Below, piece after piece: positions 39,839-52,630 of a stretch of 64,000 nucleotides of DNA (its first letter is position 1; every line of letters begins with the position of its first letter). The notes beneath the pieces are model-generated. The model worked only from the letters and a program-made list of their open reading frames with translations. It made no database searches and was not told the origin of the DNA. The translations under genes were made by a program, and so were the position numbers. The stretch spans positions 62,001 through 126,000 of the forward strand of contig KZ538052.1 of NCBI GenBank assembly GCA_000934665.2, read 5' to 3'. The stretch comes from Catajapyx aquilonaris (Eukaryota).

Positions 39839-42800
39839 TAGTGGAGTGGGTAAGAGGAAGGTGGAATGATGTGTCATGTCATGCAAGAGGATGGTGATTG
39901 GTAAAAGGTGTTGAGTGGGGAATTCCCTCACCCATGCGTACAGTAGGCCTGTATAATATTACTGTATAGATAATCAGACAATTTTCAGCATAATGTGCCA
40001 ATATGTACGACTCTACTTCACTTAAACGGGAATAGAGCATATGTTGCCCCCCATACCCGTGCCACGTGAGGGGTGTAACGTTACACCCCATAACAACTTC
40101 CTTATCAATGCTGCCAGAAATTGGTGGCATTCTATGACTTCCAATTCACATGAGACATTGCTCACGGTGTCTAGTCAATGAATATTGAAAACTAGCACCA
40201 CTGCCCTAAAACCCACTCATTGTCATAAACTTTTTTATCTATTTCGTTACACCCCACACACCGCGCGGAGTCCACTTTTGATGCCAAGATCAACCATTTA
40301 TGTCGAATGACTGTCCTTCTCCACCAAGGAACGCGGTCATTTCATCCTCGACTTGAGCCCCGTGCAAAGAAAAGTGAATTTATTTTTATTTTAAGTTCCC
40401 ATTTAGGCCTGTCAAAGTTCATGTGATTTCATGCACAACTTCGCATTCACAATGTAACACATTCAGGTGCAATTTCTTTTACCAGTTCAGGTTCCATGTC
40501 AAAATATATTTCAGAAGCCGAAATTTGGGTTCTTTCTGATTCCAACGACGTATCACACATTGCCAACAAGTCATTTTCAATTTTTGTCCCAGATGTTTAC
40601 TTTTACGTGGAATTGCTCAGGAGCAGATGGACAAGGTGGCACGTGCAAAAGTCCACTTTTTGCCAAGTCCAAAACGTCAGGGAAAACTGTCATGGCAGCT
40701 CTCTGTGCGTGAAAATTTTGACGGGGCTACTGGCAGGTGTTTTCCCTTCATTCATTTCTTCCCGGGCAACGCCGGGTGCCGCAGCTAGTTATTTATATAT
40801 TATTAGTGTTATTATTACCTAAGGAACCAAGGCATCAAGTCATGCCACATTAAACATTAATGAAAATGCACTCCTCTCGTCATGTAACCACGCTCTGAAA
40901 CTATCTCCACTGATTTCTCCAGGGCTCAACTCGCTTAAAACTCTTCACCTCTAAGGGTAACCGAATTGAAATATTACTCTCATGCTTCCCTTCGAGTGAA
41001 AAGGGACCTTTGCACCCTGTAACCATCCTTTCCAGAGAATCCCCTCAAGGGATAGTACAAAATCTAGGCTGCTCCAGTCATCAACAACCTCAGGGGTTTA
41101 ATTCCCAGAGAAATTGCACAGAATCCTTCTGAATGGACCTTCCAGTTGGTACAACCTGGTAAAAATATATAAAAGTAGCCAGAAAAAAAGTGAGGATCTC
41201 TTCACGCCTGGCAATTTGGCCTGGATGTGAAGCAGCCATGAATAGCCGACGTTCAGCGGCCATTGGACCAAAGTAAAACGCTAGAGATGAAAGGAAAGCC
41301 TGTTTCCTCTTGCTTGGTTATTGAGCTGTGAAAGACGGTGTAAAAAAAAGTATATAGACGAAGATGGCGGTGTGGTTAGCCGCATATACATCTTGGCTCT
41401 TCTCCGGGAACCAAAGATTGATCTTTAGGACGCCAGCTGGGTTCTTCCCTACTTTCTGGAGGCTTACAATGGTCTTTGCATATGAAAAGCGATGTGGAGT
41501 AGCCTCAAGGAGGGCATGTCAACACGAGTTCGTTTTTTTTATTCAAAAGCAGTGGTTTTTTATTTAGTTCAAAACAGATTAGTGTTAAATATTGATAAGT
41601 AGGACTAACAATTAAGTAGGAACACCAGGTATTTTACTCTGCACTAATTGTGGTGTCAAGCAGGACGTTTCAGGTGACACAGGGCTTGCGAGTGACAATG
41701 TGTGACAGTAACTACATCCGCCCCGTCCGCGTAATTACGGTAATGGGTCATTTCAGCCACAGGGCCTGCAGTTAGATGCAGTCGTCGTCACAGTAATGGA
41801 TTTTTAAATAATATTAATTCCATTCTACACTGTACTGAATTCTTGTGTGTAGGCCTAGTCTATCATAATGTGCGAGTGTCTGTAATATATTTTGTCAACT
41901 GTCACACGATCCCCGGACCCACGCATTCCAGGTCGGACATACATCAACAATGCCCGGCAGCTTTAATAAACTTAGGAGCATCTTCCTCTTGAGGGTTTGC
42001 CTCCATAAAAATTCAAATTATTAAGTTGTGCCCACAGGATGCCAGTGTTCCCAGACCCAGAACCCAAACCGAAACTACTGAATATGCAAAGGGGTTATGA
42101 GCCGTGTCAATGAAGTTTCCTCTACCGCTGATGAGAAGCAAACTTCAAAAGGTGCTAATATGCATCCTCCCCCTCCTATTTATCCAACCTCCTAACCAAA
42201 CCGAGTAATTTGCCTTGTTCAAATAAACCTCCGCCATTTTTTTTCAATTCCACTGGGTCTATCCAAGCAAGCAAAGTTTGTTCCCAGACGCTCATTTATG
42301 TGTTTCTATTGCTTCTATTAAGACTCTCAACTTTCCTTTATATATTTGCAAAATTGCAAGTATCTAACAATGTGAGTGTGATGGAACTACTTGCCATGCT
42401 GCAGGCGGAGGGATATTTAAAAGTTCGAACTTTCCGCCATTGCTTGGCTATTAAAGTGGACTTGCTGATGGCAAATTAAAATCCCATTTCCAACGTAATA
42501 ATGGCACATAGGCAACGTAAGTCAAAGCTTTCTGGTGGGTAACGCAATTTAGGGTCACAACTCGGCGTTGATTGGGTTACAGAGAATGGAGAATGTGCTT
42601 CAGAAGCATACCTTTACCACGCCCTTCTCATCAACAGCTAAGTACATAACAGTATAGGGAGGTTTTAATACGATGTTGACACGTAGGTATTCCCAGGGTG
42701 CTGGACACACCTGAACCTAGGTCCAAACTATGGAATATTGGCACAGAGTGTACCAACACGCATCTGTCAACTGGCATACCGTTTTAATTAGGTGACAAGC

Positions 42801-45800
42801 ATATGGCCAGCGTCTGTTCCCCAATAATTAAAGGGGAAATGCGGGCTTTTAACGGGTATCAGACTGGATGAATTTTGTTTGCGAGTCCACAGCTCTATTT
42901 TTTGTCATGCGGTATGTCAAAGTTGACGTTTATATGTTTGTGATAGAAATATAGTGGTTGAGCCACAAAGTGAGGCTGACATGCAGGCTAATCCTATTAC
43001 CACATCAGCCCATTATGCAACCCACAGGTTCGATTCTTCATTACCTCACATGGGACACATACACATAATTGTCCCAGACGGTCTATATACAACTACAGTA
43101 AGACTTTACAACATAATAATTACTCCCTGTCCAAACCAAGGTTGACAATGTGACTCTTGCAAGAACGTTACAGTATTAATGACAATGGTGTCGGAAAGGA
43201 GCAGACGGAGATGCATATTTTACTCCCGTCTGAACCTGTGACTGATGAGACGAACTGTGCAGAATAAAACTTCTGACGCTGTAACCGCTGACTGCGTCTA
43301 TTTTACGCAAATCAGTAAACGGGTAAGGCCTCACAGAATGCCTTTAAAAGCTTTTCATGAATTAAGCATTCACTCAGCCCACTCTGATGCACTTCAAATT
43401 CTACAGCTTCACACAGGGTGTCGCAATAACAGTGTAGATAGACGTCTTATAAAATAATTGTTTTCAATGAAAAAATATCTCATCAGACACTTTAAGCCAG
43501 GAACAAAGAACAAAAGACCGGTTCCTAATATTTCTGCAGTGATAATCTCATAATTATGCCAAATACAAAAGTCCATGAAATCAATCTTTCCATTTTCACC
43601 ACTTCCATTTCTAAGCCAATTCGTTTCGAGTCCCTGTAATTCGAAAAAAGTTACTTACTCCGACAGGAGGCTCTGAAGGAAGAAGCTTCCAACCGGCTGC
43701 TACTTCCTCCTCCTCATCATCATCATCCATCACCACCAATGTTTCAAAGACACAGGCGTGAAATCAAGGCCCCCTTCCATCTCGTCGCTCACTGATAAAA
43801 CCTCTCAATATGAGAGGCTCTCTGCCTCTGCTATACCCAAGGAGAGACGCCATGTAACCTCTCTCATCTATTTACCTCCTATATCAACACAATTCGGTCT
43901 TATCACCCCAGATATTCAGCGAGGCTTAATGAGAAGTACACAGTGTCGACAATGAGTGGCGGAGTAACCGCACAGTGGCATAATGTCATTTAGAAACTGC
44001 ATACAGACGGAAAGCAAATTAGCGATTTGATATTAGTAGGATATCGTCGGAGAAATGTAATGTATAGTTCACGGAATTTATCGAAAATCGATTCCTCGAT
44101 AGGCATTGCTAGCAATTGGCAATTCTGCTGATATTCAATAAATATCTACCAAACATACGATATATCGAACACTGTAACTAATAGTGGCTGTAAATTCCCA
44201 ATAAACTGTAGTCGATATCAATTGATCCGGCTAATAATAAACTGCGCACTTTTGAACTTCAGCCATTAAATTATCCTTCCCTACTCAATTATCCAGCGGT
44301 TTTATTTATGAATTTTATGGACATGACAACTCTCCGATATTCCGAGGTGACATCGGCTCTGTCGCCTGGCAACCACTGCCCCCAATTTTTCCTTCAACCC
44401 AACCCACCACCTAGTTGCATCGGATGCTAGCAGATGCTGCCACCAGTGGATGCGGATAAAACTCGATCTAGCTGTAGAAACTAGAGAGAGAGAGAGAGGC
44501 TGGACCTAAAGTGCGCCTAGTTTTAATCAATTTTTATTAAACCAATCCAGTTCCAATACTAATATCGGGGCTTGTTTTTCTAATCTTGTACAAACAAGTG
44601 AGTTTTTCTCAAGTTTTTCTGATTGGTTTCACACGATCTTATGAAGTGTCTATATTGTTCTAGTCCAATAGTCCATGTACAGGGGGGTCAAAAAGCTCAC
44701 TTTTTACATAAATATTGAATTAGAAAATATATGCTCATCCCATTGACACTAATAGAAAATGGCAAGGTCGAATTGGCTGAGAGTGTACACAGATTAGTGT
44801 GCACAACATCATGCGTAATAATCTGAATAATAAGGTCCATCAAAATGACACAGGACACATTCAGGTCACATGTAGTCCCAGCAGGCGTGATTGCGTATTC
44901 CAGGAGCGAATCACGTCTAGGTCTTCCCTATATGGAAGTGAAGATCAATTCTTGGTTATAGGGTTTGAAGGTGATAGTTTCAATACCAGATATAGCAAAA
45001 AAAAAAAAGTAGTTTCAATATTGTCAGAGTTAGCCTGCAAGTCAAAACCCCTTTTGTTTGTCGAGTCTGTCAAAAATATTGTAGGCATTCTATGTAACGC
45101 GAACTATTGTCCTAGGCATGAAAGTAATGCGCAGAGAGAACAGTGCCCAGAGGGGGTGTACACACATCTGGTGCTGACATTGCAATCATTTCCTGACAAA
45201 AATTTCTGCTCTTTTTCGCTGCCCCGGTTTGTAAAACGTGCATAAAATTACAGGCTTCCCAATTTTCGCTCTGCATTACTGCTCTGTGCGGAAAAGCGAA
45301 TTGTAATTAGGAATTTTCGGTATTACTGGGGCTTGCGAAAAGATGGCACGTTGGGGACATCGCAGAATGAAAATCGCTGCAGGTGATGAAATATGTCGAT
45401 ATATGTCACTGTATAGACTGAGATCACCATTGTTGTCCATATTATTACATGCATAATCAGAACTCTGCTTATTATAAATTCTCTAAGCAGAGACCACTTA
45501 CAGTGACAAATCCTTCTAATTAGTCCCTAGTTAATTTTGCATATCGTGAAATTACTGAGCTTGAAAGAGTGCAAACGGCATAATAAAACAGTGACCATTT
45601 CAACTGCGGTTATTTTCAACAAAATGGTGGTGCTCCATCAGCAACGTAATTTCGCCTCAGATTTTCACAAAGTTAGTTCGTATAATGATCGGCTTTCACG
45701 CAAAGTCTCATTAGCAGCTCGTCATACGGTACAGTTCACCTGTATTCAAATAAGGCAGAACTTTTACTCTCAGTGTGCAATCTTTGTGGGAACTACAGTT

Positions 45801-46887
45801 ACAGTAAAGTTGTCCTTTGATGTTTTGCCAATTTGCTTAAAATAAACTCAAAATTTGACTTTGTACAAGTTCCCATTTAGTTTCTGGAGTGTGTCACAAC
45901 AGTCACTATTACACGTCGAATATTGTTGAAAAACTATGGTACAAAATATAATAATTTCATCCTCCTTCACCAGTCACGACATCCTTATAAAGCCAAAATA
46001 ACCTGAGGGAGTTCTGGTTAGAACTTCTTAAAGGTGCACTTTTTTCTTCTTCCTCCTCCTCCTCCTCCTCCAGACCACTATACAACGATTCAATTCCCGC
46101 AGGTCTCAACCTGAAGAAGGTTGCTTCTGATGGAGATTGGGGGATTGCCTTTCCCCGCAGCCTCCTGGAATAGGTCCAGCGGTAGGATTTGGCCAGAAAT
46201 CACTTGCACTCCTCAACTCTTCTCCTTCCCAGCCACTTCAGAGTTATTTAAAGTAGGTTGGAAAAATATCACACCCTGAAGGGACATGTCACCTTACACG
46301 ACACCAAAGAGACCTTTTTGGGACCGTTGCAGAATCGAGACCGTTATAACGGCCATTTTTGACCGTTACACGCTAAAGTATCCGCCTACAGGCACATGTA
46401 AGACATACCCTTCCTATTTACCTTAGTTTCTCACAGAATTACTATCTCATATGGTCGCATCTGTCTTTGTCCCTCAGGCGGATAAAAGGGGTAATTCTGA
46501 GGTGGGCTAGAAAAAAAATGAGTGGAAGGCCTAGATCCTCCCATACCTCCTCCATTCTCTTGTTTAATCGAATTGCCCTCCAGGGCCGACAATGCTGCTC
46601 TTCTTTCTCAGCTCCCACATCCAATATTCCCCATCCTTTCTGCACCTCAGACCTCTATATTGCAGACCCTTGTCCCAGGGATGCGAGTCCATCCCCTTCA
46701 AGGATATCTCTGGGTCAGTCGTGCACAACTAAAGGCATTTACGATTGGTTCTCATAGGACACTGCATTATATTTAAAGTCGTTGTACGAAGAACATCGTA
46801 ATATTATTGTCATGTTTTCATTATTTATGTACTGTATTTATTTATTGACCGAGTCCTCTGATTGGTCCGCCACATATTGTTACCGCG

Positions 46888-46966
46888 ACGCTTCCTATTG
46901 GCCCGCTTTCTGCGCATGCGTAATGAGGGTGTAGACAGCGCCTCTGGTGGACGAGATTAGGAACTA
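46888..46966 (-). repeat. Dispersed ~75-bp repeat, copy 2 (homologous to 6629-6703)
   Basis: The reverse complement reads TAGTTCC..CCACCAGAGGCGCTG..CTCATTACGCATGCGCAGAAAGCGGGCCAATAGGAAGCGT. Confidence 0.7.
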
Positions 46967-48957
46967 TCCATTCGATAGCTAGTTTAATATAAATTCTAAT
47001 GTGAAGATAGGGAAGTGGACATTCCCGGCCAGTGTGTCATGTATCAACGCAAGTTGCCCAACAAAGTGTCGTATCGGCCAAGCTTTTAATCAAGAGTTTG
47101 ACGATCAGCAATTAAGCATAGTCAAGCAAAATAAACGGCTAGGTTTTCCCCGGGCAGGAAATTAGTTCGACACCTTTCCACCAAAGCACGCGAATCGAAA
47201 TTATCTGGCAACTTGAAATGTTTGTGAAGACGCCAAAGCACCGTCTCTCCGTCCTCTTCGGGTAAAACACACTTCAAGTTCGTTGTCTTGTTGATATTGC
47301 TTAAGGGAAATTGCCGTATAATCTCATCAGCACGTTCGACTGGCATTCAACTAAGGACCGTCGCAAGCTGTCTACTCTTGATATTCATTCATGGATCACA
47401 TTGTTGACGCAATTTTTCAGGTTTTCGCATCATTGATCCTGAATAAATGTACCATACCGAGCAAAACGAAGTTCGCTACAATTCCGGCAGATGTCGCCAG
47501 CAACATAATTACACACAATATCCCTTGTTCCCCATTCATAAACTGGTCCCATAATTGTCCTGGGATTACACCAGTGAACTTCACGACTTGGGACTGCCTG
47601 CAAATTACACCCATGCAGTTATATTCTTGGGGTGCCCCCCCACTGTAGGAACACAAAGCGCCTTTGAGGCTAAAGGGATTTGGCCAGGTTAATAATGGTA
47701 AACTGGGAACTAATTTTACTTGAGGTCGAAACGAAAAGGTAAGTGGAATGTGGGATGAGCTCATCCACTCCAAGCCCTGCTCAGATTATTAAACATGAAT
47801 AGTGTCCTTAAGCTCCTATAGATTAAGTGAGGGAGATCTAAGTGCTTCTTTGTAACAATGTCGTAAATACTCTGACGTAGCCTATTATTAATTTCTGCGT
47901 ATGGAGAAAGCTGTTTCCTGGACACCGCCATTATTGTCCAAGTAGAACATTCGAAAAACCGAAATTTATTCTCGAACCGTTATTATTTTGGACGTAAAAA
48001 ATTGGTGGACGAAAATTTGGATTTGGATGACTTTATTGAAATGAATTCAAAATGACTGTACCTGTACAGTAGGCAGTGTGAATTGCAGACGAGGCGCTGG
48101 AATAGCTGTGGATGAGGTGGATCCATAGTTCTGCATATGATGGCCCGATCGCAGGATCTTTTGGCCATAGGAAGAACCAGCTTGGTAGGCCGAGCAGCTC
48201 AGCTTCATGGCTGCTGCTGTGACCTAGAGATGGAACAAAAGAGGAGAGAAAAAAAATTATATAATGAATGGCACAGTTTCCCCCTTGTTATTTTCTCTCT
48301 CCTGTCGTCAATCGATCAGTTCGCCTCATTACTGGCGGCCCTTTGCTCAATTTCCGTTCTGAAGGACCAGACTGGAACTGTCATAACTAGGGCAGCTTAT
48401 AATGTCTTGTTGTGTACATGCCCCATCATACTATAGGTCGTCAAAATACTTCATACACTAAGGGCAGAGCTAACAAATACTTAAAGTTATGCTTTGTTTA
48501 ATATCTATCCCACCTTTGTTGTTCAGAGGTATGTGCCATGAAAGCCTCTTAATTTGAGAGGGCAGGTGCACTCCCATCCTCGATTTCACTAAAAGCACCA
48601 GGTTGCAAGTAATGTTGCATTACTTAATTGTGTTCAGAGCTCCTTAGTTCGTTACCGCTAGTAAAAAATTTCGCTTCCATTTTTTATCTTGCACACAGCT
48701 TTGACATCAAACGCCAACTAACCTCAACCTGCGTGACAGACAGGTTTGTTTACAGGACTTCAAACAACGCCGTAATATGCTCAAAAATGTCCCTGGTAGG
48801 ATATACATTCAATAGTTTATAACTATAACTTTTTCCTTCAACATTCTGTGCACCTTGTTATAAATGCTAATGTCATTGGCGATATTGAGAACTAACAACA
48901 ATAATAATTTAATGCTAATTCTCTCTTTACAACAGTACTTACATAAATACTGTATAG

Positions 48958-49550
48958 CCGTCAAACGGGGTGAGATTGTGCCACATTTTGAGTTTTTTTC
49001 TTACAATCAAACCAGAATAATTGATATATTGAAACGAATTTTATACAAAACATTACTGCACCTCTCACCTTTCAGTTCATGTGCAACAATAATTTAATAT
49101 GCTAAGGGAGGAGGGATTAAAATTATATTTTCCGTGGCACAATCTCACCCCGCTACTGCCGTGATATACGCCAAAGCCTTCCACCGATATTCTTCACGTA
49201 AACTCGTCCCATCACTATTACCAGTGGCGGATCCTGGAATTTTTTTCTGGAAGGGGCACAAGGGAACTTCTCGGGGGGGGGGGGGNNNNNNNNNNNNNNN
49301 NNNNNNNNNNNNNNNNNNNNNNNNNNNNNNNNNNNNNNNNNNNNNNNNNNNNNNNNNNNNNNNNNNNNNNNNNNNNNNNNNNNNNNNNNNNNNNNNNNNN
49401 NNNNNNNNNNNNNNNNNNGGGGGGGGGGGGGGGGGGGGGGGGCACGTGCACCCGTGCACCCGTGCCCCCCCCCTAAATCCGCCCCTGACTATTACACATG
49501 AAAATCAGTGAAATCATGAGAAATAAGTAGCACAATCTCACCCTGTCAAT
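48958..49550. mobile_element. Older TIR-type element with 19-bp inverted subterminal repeats
   Basis: CGGGGTGAGATTGTGCCAC (48966-48984) pairs with GTGGCACAATCTCACCCCG (49134-49152), and a third copy lies at 49527-49545. The element appears to host the hAT-like MITE. Ends are approximate. Confidence 0.55.
49222..49487. mobile_element. hAT-like MITE with 8-bp TSD (contains an assembly gap)
   Basis: ACTATTAC|CAGTGGCGGAT...ATCCGCCCCTG|ACTATTAC; an N run at 49286-49418 lies between poly-G tracts. Confidence 0.88.
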
Positions 49551-51131
49551 TGCACTATTATTACTGAATGCGTCATAGCTCCAGACTCTATAGCCGTATA
49601 TCCCAATAGGCTAGGCAACTGCCTAGTACCTACAGCAGCAAATCTCGGGACGGACACAACCTAATCTTATAACACTATAACACTACCGGTTCTTTTGACA
49701 ACCACTACAAATAACTACTCAAAAGTAACTGCTTCGTCATAAGCAGCTACGTGCAAAAGATTAAAATTGTTTAATGTTTAAAATTTTATTTACAATGGCC
49801 CTGATTTTAGAAACAGCCATCAGCTTCTCTCTTCTTGTTGAGAATTTGCTTACTGGTCGTTTGCGGCAATACTGACTAATCAAACTTTACATTTTCCAAG
49901 CTTACCAAAACTATATTCCTTAATGCAAAACCTGCCTTTCTTACCCCTGCATTTCCAGGCTTCTGCAATGTAAACTGGCTTGCTATTGCAGGTTCATGCA
50001 GAAGACAGAGGAGGCCAAGAGAAATGGGCCTAGCATAAAGTAATTGGCAGCAGCCAGAGGAGAGAGAGCGCGGCTTGCGGCGGCCACTCAGCCGGAAACA
50101 GAAGGCCCGCCCTGGCTTTGACAGCACCCAGCCCTACAAGAGATGCTTATGGAAACCCTACCAACGCCTCTTGTCGTCTACCCTGCTCCATTGCACCCGC
50201 TTTTTCAGAACAAAAACTGGATATCTGCTGGGTATATGTCAATACCTTTTTTTTCCGCGTCATGTATTCTGTGGTGTGATTGGATGTCGCGACTTGTTAC
50301 CAACTTTTTCGGCTGAGGATTGTGGCTGGACTAACACAAGATGAACCAGTAGATAGATTTGGGTGAACCAGTTCTAAAATGTAGAGGTGGAAAATGGTGA
50401 AAAAGCAACCGGTAATGGGTTAGACTTCTATAAACATATGTGTGCATATGGCCGCCAGTGGGTCAATTCTTGGGTAGACCACTGGGAGGCTCCAAGTTTC
50501 GCACGTTTTAAACATCTGGCTCACCATTGCATAATCGAATCCAGTGTTTGATTGTTGTTCTCTTCGTATGATCCCCCCTGTCTTGCTCCCTGTCGAGTAG
50601 GGGTAATCCCCTTAGGTGCCTGTGACACTCCCAAAGAGGATTGGAGACGCGAATTCTCTCGAGGTTGAGACTAACCAGCTTAGAGAGAAACAGATTCCGC
50701 TTGATCTGGAGCAAGCTTCCAAGGGCAAAGGCGACTTTCTGGAAATGCTCTCCTGAGCTCAATCCGTTGGGGGCATTCGTGCTGACGAGCATATCCTCAA
50801 ATGCCGCACAAATGGACGTAATATACTGGAGGTTTGCTTGTAAACAAGTTGAAGGCGGTTCGTGCTGATCACCCTTTCACCTGCAGATTACAACTTGGTT
50901 TGATTCAACAACTTGTAATCTACCAAATTGCGACAACTTAGGGCTGGTTTTATGAATGAAAATAAGGGAGAATATCTGGTTACATATAGGTTCTTACAAT
51001 CCAGTCCGTATAAAGCAGGGTTTAATTTTAGTTGGCAGTTTTGCCAGGAGATGGCATGGATGGCTGGTGGCGGATGTAGCGAGTCGTGAAACTGCTTCGA
51101 GCGAGGTTAGTTTAATGAATAGGGTAGCAAC

Positions 51132-51412
51132 CGTGGGCGTAGCCAGGGGGCAGGGGGCAGGGGGGCAGGGGGGCAGCTGCCCCCCCTAAATCTCAGGGAA
51201 GTGCAGAAAAACGGGGGGAAACGCGCAAAAACCCTCTAGAACAGTGCAAAATTGCACTGTTATATGGGTTCTTTTCCGTTTTGCCCCATTTGAGGTCGCG
51301 AGGAAGGGTTGTGACCTTGAACCGAAAATTTTTCGCCTGCGGCGGGCCCCCTCCCCTCACACAATTTGCGTCCTCCCCCCCCCCCCTAACCTAAATCCTG
51401 GCTAGGCCCATG
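51132..51412. mobile_element. hAT-like MITE with 8-bp TSD
   Basis: GTAGCAAC|CGTGGGCGTAGCCAGG...CCTGGCTAGGCCCATG|GTAGCAAC. Confidence 0.88.
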
Positions 51413-52404
51413 GTAGCAACCCGTGTATAGGACCACGGCCATGATACAATTCAGCAGAATTATCTATTAAATTACGTTTTGGCCGGTTTTGGCTCAATAT
51501 TAGTACTAAAATGTACCGGAACCGTGCCCCGAACCAGTTATAAATCCGTACAACCACCGTCCTAGCCATATCTCATGGCACCTGACACATGACAGCCATC
51601 AACTTTATCCGTTCGGAATATCCCAAAATCCTACCTCCCGGGGCAGGCTGATCAACATGACTCCATTTTTCACCCAGCACTTACCGGGTTTAAGCAGATA
51701 AAAGAAAAACGGTTAGAGGCTACCCCGTTTGTCATTTTTATCTCCACCATACCCCCATCCCTCACTCCCAGACGTGGTCCCCGTGCCCTATCTCCGGTGA
51801 CAATAGAAGTTGACGACAGTATAATACAGTGAATAGCTAGTCGTTATCTTTCTTTAAATTTTGCGGAAATTTATTTGCATGAAGCTCATTGAACAAAACC
51901 TACAAACTCCGTATCCTTTCATCCTTGCATGATGCAACACAAATACATTCTATAGTATGTAATACTATAGACTATACTATAGTCGATTTCCTCCGCAATT
52001 CCGGCACTAGTATATGGAATGAAGTGTGCCAATCAGCCACCTGCCACCCGGAATAATCAGGTTACGCTAATATTCGTCGGTGAACGTCTCGAGGATGAAT
52101 CAAGTGGAACCCAAGATCTTAAAACTGGGCTTCAGGAGTTCCGAGAATGACGCGATTTTAGATGAAGCAGTCTGATCTAATCCTGAATGTAAATCTTGGA
52201 AGGGTGTAGCTAGTAAAACCCTTGAAGTTTCCTCATTTCTTTCTTTAATTGAACAACATTAGTTAGCTGTTAACGAGCCAGCCATTTAAGACGAAATTAC
52301 CGTGAATTGTCTGCAATGGTTGGCTATATTTAATTGGTTGATTTGAAACTGCTTTGTATGTTAAATATTAATAGCTAAAATTTATTATTAGTATATGGTG
52401 GTGG

Positions 52405-52630
52405 TGGTTAAAAAATTTTAAAAAATCATATTTAAAATGAAATAAATGTTTTAAATGTTTCAAATAAGAAAATAAATATGAAAAATAAGAAATTAAAATT
52501 AAAGATAAATAAATGTTTTAAACCGGCGTTAAAAATAAAAATAAACAAATGTTTTAAATGATAAAAATTAAAACTAAATAAATGCTTTAAATGTTAAAAT
52601 AAGAAATTAATATTAAGAATAAATAGTTTA
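52405..52630. repeat. AT-rich low-complexity / degenerate tandem repeat
   Basis: Recurrent AAATAAATGTTTTAAA and AAAATAAGAAATTAA motifs. Confidence 0.75.

Larger units (their letters stand above)
38751..40618. mobile_element. Non-autonomous DNA transposon, Sola2-like
   Basis: AGGA|GAGCAATTCCA...TGGAATTGCTC|AGGA gives an 11-bp TIR with GAG...CTC termini and a 4-bp TSD. The internal motif GTTACACCCC recurs at least 6 times. The superfamily is inferred from terminus and TSD rules only. Confidence 0.75.
38552..40788 (+). mobile_element. Non-autonomous Helitron-type element, copy B, split by a 1.87-kb insertion
   Basis: The 5' part ATATAAATAAA..GAGTCTGTCTGTCT..CCGCCTGCCAACCGTCATTTGCCTGCCATCTG and the 3' part GGCAGGTGTTTTCCCTTCATTCATTTCTTCCCGGGCAACGCCGGGTGCCGCAGCTAG|T match the reverse complement of 16809-17137. 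Confidence 0.85.

Noticed and set aside
41362..41460. tRNA-derived SINE or tRNA (TGGCGGTGTGGTTAGC A-box-like; similar string at 53268)
   Set aside because: No clear B-box or cloverleaf.
43660..43730. Minus-strand ATG frame MDDDEEEEVAAGWKLLPSEPPVG ending at GTAAGT
   Set aside because: It derives from (GAT)n(GAG)n simple repeats and no downstream exon is identifiable.
47122..47346. 74-aa minus-strand ORF with protein-like composition
   Set aside because: Non-ATG start, no recognisable motif and no convincing splice boundaries.
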